Part shown: positions 38,402 to 46,997 of the stretch, piece after piece | How positions within the stretch are numbered: position 1 is the stretch's first letter | Layout of the letters: each line of letters opens with the position of its first letter | Source of the DNA: Sedimentisphaerales bacterium | Lineage (GTDB): Bacteria > Planctomycetota > Phycisphaerae > Sedimentisphaerales > Anaerobacaceae | NCBI GenBank assembly: GCA_040772485.1 | Contig: JAXGYC010000007.1 | Coordinates: 864,001 to 928,000, forward strand | Direction: 5' to 3' | Length of the DNA stretch: 64,000 nt | The notes under the pieces: model-generated | What the model was told of the DNA's origin: nothing | Databases searched by the model: none | Seen by the model: only the letters and a program-made list of their open reading frames with translations | Position numbers and translations under genes: made by a program

Positions 38402-40042
38402 ATGAGCCAGTATTCCGCAAGTCCGACGGGAGAGAAATTCGAACTGCCGAGCCCCGAGCAGTACGCGGGCGAATTCGAGCGCGTCCGGGCTCTGGCCGAG
38501 GCCGCCCGGGCCGAGGGCAAGGAAGTGGTCGTGGTGATGGGCGTCGGCTTCGTCGGCGCGGTGATGGCGGCCATCATCGCCGACACGGTGGACAAGCAGA
38601 CAGGCCGGCCCAACAAGTTCGTCATCGGCTGCCAGCGTCCCAGCCCGCGCAGCTACTGGAAGATCCCCCTGCTCAATCGCGGCCAGTCGCCCGTCAAGGC
38701 CGAGGACCCCGAGGTCGATCCGATGATCGCGCGATGCGTCCTCGAAAAGAAGACCCTGATCGCCACCTACAACAGCGACTGCCTGAAGCTGGCCGACTGC
38801 GTCGTCGTCGACGTCCAGTGCGACTACACCAAGCACGAGCTGGGCAACATGCGCAGCGGCGAGGCCGAGATGAGCGCCCTGGAGGCGACCATGCGAACGA
38901 TCGGCGAGCGGATCGCGCCGCCGTGCCTGGTGCTCATCGAGACCACCGTCGCGCCGGGCACCACGGAGTTCGTCGCCTGGCCGATCATGAAGAAGGCGTT
39001 CGCCACGCGGGGCATTCACTCCGAGCCTCTGCTGGCGCACAGCTTCGAGCGCGTCATGCCGGGACGGCACTACGTCTCGTCGATCCGCGACTTCTGGCGC
39101 GTCTGCTCCGGCTGCAACGCCGAGGCCCGCCGCCGCGTCGAGAAGTTCCTCCGCGAGGTCCTCAACACCGAGCAGTTCCCGCTGACCGTGATGGACCGGC
39201 CCATCGAATCGGAGACCACCAAGATCGTCGAGAACTCCTACCGCGCCACGACCCTGGCGTTCCTGAACGAGTGGAGCCTGTTCGCCGAGCGCAACGGCGT
39301 GGACCTCATCAAGGTCATCAACGCCATCCGGATGCGCCCCACGCACAACAACATGATCTTCCCCGGCCCCGGCATCGGCGGCTACTGCCTGCCCAAGGAC
39401 GGCGGCCTGGGCTACTGGGCCTACAAGCACATCCTCGGCTTCGAGGACGGCGACGAAGTTTTCAAACTCACCCCCACTGCGATCGACATCAACGACACAC
39501 GCGGCCTGCACGTGGCGCAACTGACCCGCGACGCGCTGCGGAACATGGGTCGCTACATCGCCGGCGCCGAGGTCCTGATCTGCGGCGCCAGCTACCGCCA
39601 GGACGTCGGCGACACGCGCTACAGCGGCAGCGAGATGGTGGCGCGCAAGCTGACCGAGATGGGCGCCGACATTCGCGTGCACGATCCCTACGTTGACCAC
39701 TGGTACGAGCTGGAGTCGCAGGACACCTACCCGGCTCCCGGCCACTCGTGGTCGCGCTTCTTCCGCAACCAGGAGCACCTGACCGGCACCGTGGTCCAGA
39801 AGGACATGGCCAAGGCGATCGCGGGCGCTGAGGCGCTGATCCTGGCGGTCCCGCACGAGGCGTACCTGAAGCTCGATCCCGATCAGGTGGTCGGCTGGGC
39901 GGGCGAACCGCTGGCGGTAGTGGACTGCTTCGGCATTCTCGACGACGGCAAGATCAGGCGGTACTTCGAGCTCGGCTGCGAGGTCAAGGCCCTCGGCCGG
40001 GGCCACATCCAGCGGATCAAGAAGGAGGTCAAAGGCGCATGA
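38402..40042 (+). CDS. UDP-glucose/GDP-mannose dehydrogenase-family protein
   Basis: GVGFVG, IETTVAPGTT, KIVENSYR, GPGIGGYCLPKD, DTRYS. Confidence 0.92.
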   Translation: MSQYSASPTGEKFELPSPEQYAGEFERVRALAEAARAEGKEVVVVMGVGFVGAVMAAIIADTVDKQTGRPNKFVIGCQRPSPRSYWKIPLLNRGQSPVKAEDPEVDPMIARCVLEKKTLIATYNSDCLKLADCVVVDVQCDYTKHELGNMRSGEAEMSALEATMRTIGERIAPPCLVLIETTVAPGTTEFVAWPIMKKAFATRGIHSEPLLAHSFERVMPGRHYVSSIRDFWRVCSGCNAEARRRVEKFLREVLNTEQFPLTVMDRPIESETTKIVENSYRATTLAFLNEWSLFAERNGVDLIKVINAIRMRPTHNNMIFPGPGIGGYCLPKDGGLGYWAYKHILGFEDGDEVFKLTPTAIDINDTRGLHVAQLTRDALRNMGRYIAGAEVLICGASYRQDVGDTRYSGSEMVARKLTEMGADIRVHDPYVDHWYELESQDTYPAPGHSWSRFFRNQEHLTGTVVQKDMAKAIAGAEALILAVPHEAYLKLDPDQVVGWAGEPLAVVDCFGILDDGKIRRYFELGCEVKALGRGHIQRIKKEVKGA

Positions 40043-40584
40043 GGATATACCAGATCAAGATCACGCTCGATGACATTCGCCCGCCCATCTGGCGGCGCGT
40101 GCAGGTCCCCGGCGAGATCACCCTGGCCGAGCTGCACGACGTCATCCAAGTGGCCATGGGCTGGGAGAACGGCCATCTGCACGAGTTTCGCATCGGCAAC
40201 AACCGCTACGCGCCTTCGGTCAACGAGGAATTCGATATGGCGATGACCGCCGGCGACACCGATGTGAGACTCTGCGACGTCGTCCAGCGGGAAAAGGCCA
40301 AGCTCCGCTACACGTACGATTTCGGCGACGACTGGCGCCACAGCCTGACGGTGGAGAAGATCATCGAGCCCGAGGCCGGCGCGCGGTATCCCTTGTGCCT
40401 GGCGGGCAAGCGCGCCTGTCCCCCCGAGGATTGCGGCGGGCCCTGGGGCTACGACAGCCTCCTCGAAGCCAGGGAACATCCCGACGACCCGCGCCACGGA
40501 GAACTGCTCGAATGGGCCGGCCATTACGACCCCGAGGCCTTCGACCTCAAAGCCGTCAACGCCCGCCTCCGCCATCTCCACTGA
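40039..40584 (+). CDS. Plasmid pRiA4b ORF-3-like protein
   Basis: PPIWRR, LHDVIQ..GW...HLHEF, YDFGDDWRH, ACPPEDCGG. Confidence 0.9.
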   Translation: MRIYQIKITLDDIRPPIWRRVQVPGEITLAELHDVIQVAMGWENGHLHEFRIGNNRYAPSVNEEFDMAMTAGDTDVRLCDVVQREKAKLRYTYDFGDDWRHSLTVEKIIEPEAGARYPLCLAGKRACPPEDCGGPWGYDSLLEAREHPDDPRHGELLEWAGHYDPEAFDLKAVNARLRHLH

Positions 40585-40594
40585 TCCCCCCGCC

Positions 40595-40618
40595 GTAGGG
40601 GCGACGCATGCGTCGCCC
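40595..40618 (+). repeat. REP-like family A (GTAG + palindrome), copy 1
   Basis: GTAGGGGCGACGCATGCGTCGCCC; other copies at 43638, 44678 (half), 46540, 47779, 48224, 62602. Confidence 0.85.
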
Positions 40619-40645
40619 TCGCCCCCCGCCATGCGCCCCGACCGT

Positions 40646-40700
40646 GATGGCGTGCCACGTGCCAACACACACCCCTGTTGTTGGCACTTGGCACTGGCAC
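40646..40700. repeat. Palindrome family B (GTGCCA[AC] heptamer arms), copy 1
   Basis: GTGCCACGTGCCAAC-ACACACCCCTGTT-GTTGGCACTTGGCAC; 40659-40698 is identical to 42455-42494. Confidence 0.85.
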
Positions 40701-40725
40701 TGCGGCCTCTGACAGCGCATCGCGG

Positions 40726-41646
40726 TCAGCCGATACGCTGGCGGCTCGCCCGCAGGTGGGATAGCTCGCTGTCCAGGCACAGCGATGGGCCGGACGATTC
40801 CTGCTCGGCTCTTTCGAACAGCAGTTCCGCCGAGGCAAAGAGCCCGTCGTTCTCCGCCTTCAGCCTTCGGGCGGCGCGCCGGCAGTACTCCCGATCGATC
40901 TCCACACCAATGCTGTGCCGTCCGCTTCGCAGGGCCGCCAGCATCGTCGTGCCCGAGCCACAGAACGGATCGAGAACCGTATCGTCGGTGAAAGAGAACA
41001 TGCGAATCAGACGCGTGGCCAGTTCCAAAGGGAACGGGGCAGGATGATTCCGTGTGGATGCCCCGGGGATATTCCATATCTGCTGGAACCACTCACTGAA
41101 CTGGGCCTTCTCGATTCGGCTTTCCCGCCGTTGCGCATCCGTAGGTTGCCGATACCCGCCGGGTTTCCTCTGCATCAGGATGAACTCGATGTCGTTCTTG
41201 ATGATCGCGTTGGGCTCATATGGCTTGCCGAGAAACTTCGAACCGTTCGCCACCTCGTACGAAGCATTCGCGATCTTGTGCCAGAGGATGGGATTGAGGT
41301 TGTCGAAGCCGATCTTGCGGCACCGCACGCAGATGTCCGCGTGCAACGGGAACACCAGATGCCGGCCGAATTCACGGCGCGACACACAGACATCGCCAAC
41401 CACGCAGACAAGCCGTCCGCCCGGCGCCAGGACGCGGAACACGTGCCGCCAGACCCTCTCCAACTCGTCCAGGAACGTCTCGTAGTCGTCGATATGGCCG
41501 AGCTGCTCGTCATGCTCGTTGTACCGCTTCAGGTTCCAGTACGGAGGAGACGTCACGACCAGATGGACACTCTCGTCCGGCACGAAGGACAGCTCGCGCG
41601 CATCGCCATGAATGAGCCTGTGTGTGGTCGGGTGGTTGTCTTTCAT
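40726..41646 (-). CDS. Beta-class N4/N6 DNA methyltransferase
   Basis: TSPPY before DPFCGSGTT (beta motif order), HPAPFP. Confidence 0.92.
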   Translation of the reverse strand: MKDNHPTTHRLIHGDARELSFVPDESVHLVVTSPPYWNLKRYNEHDEQLGHIDDYETFLDELERVWRHVFRVLAPGGRLVCVVGDVCVSRREFGRHLVFPLHADICVRCRKIGFDNLNPILWHKIANASYEVANGSKFLGKPYEPNAIIKNDIEFILMQRKPGGYRQPTDAQRRESRIEKAQFSEWFQQIWNIPGASTRNHPAPFPLELATRLIRMFSFTDDTVLDPFCGSGTTMLAALRSGRHSIGVEIDREYCRRAARRLKAENDGLFASAELLFERAEQESSGPSLCLDSELSHLRASRQRIG

Positions 41647-42374
41647 AGCGAGGCCACCAAATGCCCGATCAGAGACCGGGCGAATCGCTCCATGGACAAG
41701 TCCTCCGCCGGCGTTACATACTGCCCGCTCTCACCGGTCGAGGCCTGGGACGTGATGAACGCGGCGGCCGTATAGTGCCGTTCCAGAATGAGCTTGCGAC
41801 AAAAAAACTCGTAACGTCTCGTGTACGAGGCGCCGACAAATTCGGGGAACACCTTGAAATGGGGCTCATGCACGCGCACGGGGCGCGTCGCGGCGGGACA
41901 GTCTTCGAGCATGAAGAAGTAACCCAGGAACGGCTGCGGGCTGGCCAGGTACGCCTTCTCCCGATACGCCGTCCACAAGTCCAACGCGCTGCCCATGGCC
42001 TCCTCGGTGCGGTTGTTGAAATTGTTCCCGAAGGACGGTCCGACTTGCGACTTGGCCTCAATCGCAGCCACAAGAGTCCCCTCTCTGACGACCACCAGAT
42101 CCCACTCTTTCGTCGGCCGAAAGAACCCCGGCAGTTCCATTCCTCGCTCGCAGAACAGACACTCGCGAGGAACACCGGCATCGCAGATCAGGTCCGTGAA
42201 CAGGCGGATGAAACCGTCCATCTGCGCACCGCCCGTTACCGCGCCGCGCGAGCCCTGGTCCCGCTTGCCGGTGGTCTGCTGCCTTTTCCGCTGCACAGAA
42301 CGGGTCTGCCAATAGTGGGCGACCGCCTCGCGCGCACGTGTGCCGAGATTCGCGTAAGTCTTGTTGCTCTGCAT
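41643..42374 (-). CDS. Type II restriction endonuclease, PaeR7I/XhoI-like family
   Basis: AVTGGAQMDGF, LPGFFRPTKEWD, IEAKSQVGPSFGNNFNNRTEEA; 4-nt overlap with the MTase gene. Confidence 0.85.
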   Translation of the reverse strand: MQSNKTYANLGTRAREAVAHYWQTRSVQRKRQQTTGKRDQGSRGAVTGGAQMDGFIRLFTDLICDAGVPRECLFCERGMELPGFFRPTKEWDLVVVREGTLVAAIEAKSQVGPSFGNNFNNRTEEAMGSALDLWTAYREKAYLASPQPFLGYFFMLEDCPAATRPVRVHEPHFKVFPEFVGASYTRRYEFFCRKLILERHYTAAAFITSQASTGESGQYVTPAEDLSMERFARSLIGHLVASL

Positions 42375-42380
42375 CGTGGC

Positions 42381-42389
42381 ATTATACCA
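42381..42389 (-). promoter_or_regulatory. Extended -10 promoter, probably leaderless, for the restriction endonuclease
   Basis: Minus strand TGGTATAAT-gccacg-ATG. Confidence 0.6.
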
Positions 42390-42440
42390 TGCCCCTTTGC
42401 GCAACGCCAGCGGCGGGAAACAGTGCTGTCACCTGGATGA

Positions 42441-42496
42441 GTGCCAAGTGCCAAGTGCCAACACACACCCCTGTTGTTGGCACTTGGCACTGGCGC
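42441..42496. repeat. Palindrome family B, copy 2
   Basis: (GTGCCAA)3-CACACACCCCTGTTG-TTGGCACTTGGCACTGGC. Confidence 0.85.
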
Positions 42497-42512
42497 TGAG
42501 GGTTTAGGAATT

Positions 42513-44381
42513 TTAGGGGGTTTCGGCGCGCAGCTTCCAGAGCCAGGTGCTGTCTCGGCGTCGAATGGCCTCGATGGACAAGATGTTGCGGGCGCGCTGG
42601 ATGGTTCGCCAGGAGAATCCGGCGGCTTCGGCTTCTTCGCGGATCTCGGCGGTGGGAACGGGTCCATCGGCGAGCAGGTCGGCCAGCCAGGATTGGGCTT
42701 CGTCGCGGGCCGGACGGTCGCGAGCGGACTCGGCGCCGGCGGTTTCGGCGGCGAGGGCATCGGTGGCGGTCATGTCTACCGCTTCGGTCTGCCAGCAGAC
42801 GGCGGGCGGGTCGCCGGCGATGGTGAAGGCCAGGCCCTGGCCCTCGGCGGCCAGGTTGTTCTTGCCCGGCAGCAGCAGGCGCCGGTCGCGGTCCTTGGGG
42901 TCGCGGATCAGATGCCAGACCGAGCGGGCCACTCCGGTGAAGGCCCGGCTGCCCAGGGCCAGGTCGTCGGCGTGGGCGACGGCGGCGTTCTTGCGTCGGT
43001 GGGCCACGAGCAGCACCGCCGGACCGTACTGCTCCGCCAGCCGGGCCACAGGGTCCAGCAGCAGCCGCACGTCGCTGTCGCGGTAGGAGTCGGTCCCGCT
43101 GCCCAGGTACGAGCCGATCGGGTCGACCACGACCAGCCGGCAGTCCGGGTGCATCTGGAGACACCGCTCCAGCGGCTCGATGTCGTTCAGAGTGAACGCC
43201 GCGTCGTAGGTGCGTCCCTCGGCCGTGGTCCGCCGGACCATCGACAGCAGGTGCGTGCGTCGCACATCCGCCCCGTGGGCATCCAGACGCGGCCGCAGCG
43301 TGTCGGCCGGGTCGTCCTCGGCGCAGATGAAGATCACCGAGCCGCTGACGCCCTCGCTGCCGTCGGGCCAGGGCCGGCCCGTCGAGACCCGCGCCGCCAG
43401 GTCGGTCGTCAGGAAGCTCTTGCCCTCGCCCGGACGGCCCACCAGCAGCGTCAGGCGGCCTATCGCGATCCGCCCCGGCCACAGCCACCGCACCGACGTC
43501 GGAACCACGTCGGCGAAGCACTGGAGGATCGGCACGCTCGTGGCGACGTTCGTACTGACCCCGGGACGCGTTGCCTCGTTTGTAGTGACGCCGTAAGGCG
43601 TTATCCCGTCTGTGGTTGGGTATGCCCCTTTCGGCAAGGGCGAGGCATGCCTCGCCCCTACGGGCGCACCGCAAACCGCCGCCGCCTCGACCAGGGCCGC
43701 CAGCGTATTCTGTCGTTCCTCGACGCTCGGGCCGGCGTTGACCCAGTCGAACAGATCGCCGTTGGGCTCCAGGCCGGGCAGCTCGACGATCCGCACGCGG
43801 GCCGGCGGATAGAGGCTTTGCAGGATCTCCGCGACGGTCTGCACGTAGCGACGGCCCGCCTCGTCGTTGTCCGGCAGCAGCACGACGTCGCGTCCGGCCA
43901 GAGGACGCCAGTCGGCCTTGGCGGCGCTGCCGCTGCCGTGCGGGCTGGTTGTGCCCAGCAGCCCCAGCAGACCGGCGGCATCGGCCACCTTCTCGCCCTC
44001 GCCGACGTAGACCGTCTCGTCCGACCGGGCCAGCAGAGCCGGCAGGTTGTACAGCGGACGCGGCACAGCCATCCCGCCGATCCGCCAGCGCCCATCCGGC
44101 CCGCGATGGGCCGGCCGAATTTCTTTGCCCTGCGGGCCGTCCCATCGCAGGATCAGGCCGGCCGGATCGCCGACGGCGTCGAAGTACGCCCACTGCCGAG
44201 CCCGAGGGCCATACTGCCGCTCCAACGCCGCCACCGCCTCGTGGGCCGTCTCGAACGACTCGGCCCGCCGCCTGCCGTCCGCCCGGCCCGAAGCCCTGGC
44301 AGACCCCTGGCGCAAGCGGCTCTCGATGCGACACAGCTCGCGCCTGGCATTGGCCTGTTTCGGGTCAAGTCTGATGGTCAT
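42513..44381 (-). CDS. TOPRIM primase-like / AAA_25 RecA-type helicase fusion (phage/plasmid-like)
   Basis: VGEGEK, PDND.AG, GDLFDW (TOPRIM); GRPGEGKS Walker A, AEDD, VVVDP Walker B, VAH, GS, KNN. Confidence 0.82.
   Translation of the reverse strand: MTIRLDPKQANARRELCRIESRLRQGSARASGRADGRRRAESFETAHEAVAALERQYGPRARQWAYFDAVGDPAGLILRWDGPQGKEIRPAHRGPDGRWRIGGMAVPRPLYNLPALLARSDETVYVGEGEKVADAAGLLGLLGTTSPHGSGSAAKADWRPLAGRDVVLLPDNDEAGRRYVQTVAEILQSLYPPARVRIVELPGLEPNGDLFDWVNAGPSVEERQNTLAALVEAAAVCGAPVGARHASPLPKGAYPTTDGITPYGVTTNEATRPGVSTNVATSVPILQCFADVVPTSVRWLWPGRIAIGRLTLLVGRPGEGKSFLTTDLAARVSTGRPWPDGSEGVSGSVIFICAEDDPADTLRPRLDAHGADVRRTHLLSMVRRTTAEGRTYDAAFTLNDIEPLERCLQMHPDCRLVVVDPIGSYLGSGTDSYRDSDVRLLLDPVARLAEQYGPAVLLVAHRRKNAAVAHADDLALGSRAFTGVARSVWHLIRDPKDRDRRLLLPGKNNLAAEGQGLAFTIAGDPPAVCWQTEAVDMTATDALAAETAGAESARDRPARDEAQSWLADLLADGPVPTAEIREEAEAAGFSWRTIQRARNILSIEAIRRRDSTWLWKLRAETP
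43578..43661. repeat. Family C half-element and family A element inside the primase-helicase linker
   Basis: GTTTGTAGTGACGCCGTAAGGCGTTA (43578-43603) and GGGCGAGGCATGCCTCGCCCCTAC (43638-43661). Confidence 0.8.
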
Positions 44382-44601
44382 ATTCATATCCTTTCTCCCA
44401 ACCAGGTCCGGCGGGCCCCGACGGCCCACACGGCCGCCTCAGGGCAGCATTGTCTATCAACCATATTTCCGAAAGATTGTACTCGACCACCCATATCCGT
44501 CCAGGCTTTTTGTTGGATATTTTGTGATCGTTTTGGTGCAGGTGCGCTAAACCAAACACACATCGGAGGTTATGAGACCTGATGGAAAACAAATAATTGT
44601 A

Positions 44602-44688
44602 GATTTCCGATTGCCGATTCGCCTCCGCACGCCAAATCCTCAATCATCACTCCGGAATCCGCAATCCCCGATCCGCCCTCGCCCCTAC
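44602..44688. repeat. Degenerate heptamer array (GATT.../AATCCGC-like) plus half family A element
   Basis: gatttcc gattgcc gattcgc ... aatcctc aatcatc actccgg aatccgc aatcccc gatccgc, then CTCGCCCCTAC. Confidence 0.65.
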
Positions 44689-45539
44689 GGGCGGCGGTAC
44701 TTGCGGTCCATCAGGATGATGACTTTCTCGTGCATCGCGGGCGGCAGGGCCTTCTTGAGCATCTTGCGGACCTCGCCCATGGGCGTGCGGGCCGTCAGGT
44801 GGGAGATGATGACGTGCTCGTTGTCCAGGTGGCCGAGCAGGCCGGCGAGCTCGTCGACGTGCATGTGCCGTCCGGCGCTGGCCCGGCCGATGTGCTCGTC
44901 CTCGTAGAACGTACACTCGGCGATCAGGATCCGGCTGCGGACGACGTAATCGAGCTGGGCGAAATCGACGTACTGCGTGTCGCCCAGGTAGGTGACGATG
45001 GGGATCTCCACGGGATTGTCGATGGCGATCCCCTGCTTTTTGAGCTCGACGATCTGGGGACCGGTCAGGCCGGCGTACTCGGCCTTGAGCTTCTTGCGCT
45101 TTTCCAGGACGGTGAAGCCCACCGAGCCGGCGGTGTGCCGGGTGGGAAAGGCCCGGGCGAAGAGGTTGGGCTTGATCGCATATTCATCGCCCGGCCGCAC
45201 GCCGACAAGATTGGCGGGAATGCGGTTGCCGTCGAGCCGGCCCCAGGAGTCGAGGATCTCCTCCATCGTCCGGACCAGGTTGGCCGGCGCCAGGATCGTG
45301 CCGGGCGCCATCCCGCAGAATTTGCGCTGCGAGAGGTAATAGGCGAACCCCGCCGAATGGTCCATGTGCCCGTGCGTCAGCAGGACGTGGCCGATGGGGA
45401 TGATCTGGTCGGGGGCCTTGCCCACGTCGAAGCAGACGTCGAGCTGGGGCAGCGCGATCACCGTCTCCTCGCCGGCCACCGAGTAGCCGAGGACCGTGAG
45501 ATCGCCGAGTTGTATCTCTGACAAGTTGTGACTGGACAT
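44685..45539 (-). CDS. MBL-fold hydrolase, short-form RNase Z-like
   Basis: THGHMDH, FPTRH, RKKLKAEY flexible-arm motif, GDT, ECTF, HMH. Confidence 0.8.
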   Translation of the reverse strand: MSSHNLSEIQLGDLTVLGYSVAGEETVIALPQLDVCFDVGKAPDQIIPIGHVLLTHGHMDHSAGFAYYLSQRKFCGMAPGTILAPANLVRTMEEILDSWGRLDGNRIPANLVGVRPGDEYAIKPNLFARAFPTRHTAGSVGFTVLEKRKKLKAEYAGLTGPQIVELKKQGIAIDNPVEIPIVTYLGDTQYVDFAQLDYVVRSRILIAECTFYEDEHIGRASAGRHMHVDELAGLLGHLDNEHVIISHLTARTPMGEVRKMLKKALPPAMHEKVIILMDRKYRRP

Positions 45540-45544
45540 TCGAA

Positions 45545-45636
45545 TTTACGATCTATGATTTACGATTTATGATTGAGCCACGCCCGAGGCGTACGAGGCC
45601 AGATAGTAAATTGTAAATCGTAAATCGTAAATCCCA
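45545..45636. repeat. Inverted heptamer arrays (GATTTAC)n / (GTAAATC)n
   Basis: atttacgatctatgatttacgatttatgatt ... atagtaaattgtaaatcgtaaatcgtaaatc filling the divergent intergenic gap. Confidence 0.8.
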
Positions 45637-45638
45637 AA

Positions 45639-46466
45639 GTGCCTGACAAACGAGAACATCGAGGACCGCATCCGGCCGATGCGACGCTGTTCGCGGCCGA
45701 CAAGCTGCCGGCGCTGCGCGAGGCGCTGGCGGATTTCTCGCTGCTGTTGAGCAAGGGCTACGCCGACAAGAGCGCGCTGAAGCTGGTGGGCGACCGCTTC
45801 GGCCTGACGCAGCGGCAGCGGCTGGCGGTGATGCGATCGGCCTGCTCCGATGCGCAGAGGCAGTCGCGGCTGTCGCGTCGGGTCGAGATCGGCGCGCTGC
45901 CCGGCCGGACGCTGGCCATCGATGGGTACAACCTGCTGATCACGATCGAGGCGGCCCTGAGCGGCGGTCTGATCTTTCGCGGCCGGGATGGGTGCTTCCG
46001 CGACCTGGCCAGCATTCACGGAACCTACCGCAAGGTCGAAGAAACGATCCCGGCCCTGACGCTGATCGGCGCGTTCCTGGCCGAGATCGGCGTCGCCGGC
46101 GCATGGTGGCTGCTCGACAGCCCCGTCTCCAACAGCGGCCGTCTCAAGACGCTGATCGACAACCTCGCTCGGGACCACCACTGGCCCTGGCACGTGCGTC
46201 TGTCGCTGAATCCCGACGCCGAGCTGCGTGGCCAGTTCACAGTGGACAGTTCTCCGTTCCCAGCCCCCCGCCAACTTTCAACTGACAACTGGGAACCGCC
46301 AACTGCCAACTGCCAACTGAAAACTGTCAACCGCCAACTGCCTCCCGTCGTCGTCACCACCGACAGCGTCATCCTCGACGCCTGCGGCCAATGGACCAAC
46401 CTCGCCGCCGAGATCATCACCCGCCGACGCCCCGACGCCCTCGTCATCGACTTGGCCTGTTCGTAG
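45639..46466 (+). CDS. DUF434-domain protein (PIN-like) with in-frame repeat insertion
   Basis: LLSKGY..ALKLVGDRFGL..RQR, IDGYNLLITIE, DGCFRDLA, LDSPVSNSG, TTDSVILD. Confidence 0.85.
   Translation: MPDKREHRGPHPADATLFAADKLPALREALADFSLLLSKGYADKSALKLVGDRFGLTQRQRLAVMRSACSDAQRQSRLSRRVEIGALPGRTLAIDGYNLLITIEAALSGGLIFRGRDGCFRDLASIHGTYRKVEETIPALTLIGAFLAEIGVAGAWWLLDSPVSNSGRLKTLIDNLARDHHWPWHVRLSLNPDAELRGQFTVDSSPFPAPRQLSTDNWEPPTANCQLKTVNRQLPPVVVTTDSVILDACGQWTNLAAEIITRRRPDALVIDLACS
46233..46342. repeat. Heptamer array (CAACTGC-like) in frame within the DUF434 gene
   Basis: cagttcacagtggacagttc ... caactgacaactgggaaccgccaactgccaactgccaactgaaaactgtcaaccgccaactgcc. Confidence 0.8.
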
Positions 46467-46766
46467 TGTGCTCGTAAGAGCATAAAGACCATAGCGTCTG
46501 GCGACGCCACTACGAACAGCGCCTGTCGCATGCCCGCAAGGGCGAGGCATGCCTCGCCCCTACCCGGCGATGGCGTGCCACGTGCCAACAACAGGGCTGT
46601 GTGTTGGCACGTGGCACGCCATCCCATCCGTGTTGATGCCTGAACGTAGCTGAGGTGAATGGCACTGCCGGCGTCTCCGCGCCGCCATGACTTCGGATTG
46701 CGGTTGGGCGGGTCAGTCTTGCGACAGGTACTGGCCGATGAGTGCGCCGGCGGCCTTCTCGGCGAC
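46459..46766. repeat. About 310-bp direct repeat, copy 1 (family C doublet + A + B + duplicated 3' end of serine hydrolase gene)
   Basis: Near-identical to 47702-48020. Confidence 0.9.
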
Positions 46767-46975
46767 TATGCGGGCTTCTTCTGTCTTCGGATGATTTCTG
46801 CCAGTGACCTCAAGGCCTGATTCACCGAATCATGGTCGGGGAAAACCTCCGCCACATCGGGGTCGATGACCACGACATTCGTTCCTTCGGCATAGCGTTG
46901 TGCGTATTTGCCCTGGACACCTTTGCTGAAATCATACTCTTCAAGCATGTCCGGATCTTCTGGCATTCTCTTCAT
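46766..46975 (-). CDS. BrnA-like antitoxin
   Basis: DMLEEYDFSKGVQGKY..VVIDPDVAEVF...SVNQALR. Confidence 0.75.
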   Translation of the reverse strand: MKRMPEDPDMLEEYDFSKGVQGKYAQRYAEGTNVVVIDPDVAEVFPDHDSVNQALRSLAEIIRRQKKPA

Positions 46976-46997
46976 ATTGCGTTCTTTCTTTTTTGAG
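46941..46997 (-). pseudogene. Remnant C-terminus of a BrnT-like toxin
   Basis: Frame overlapping the antitoxin start reads LKKERTQYEENARRSGHA*; upstream sequence is a family C repeat. Confidence 0.5.
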
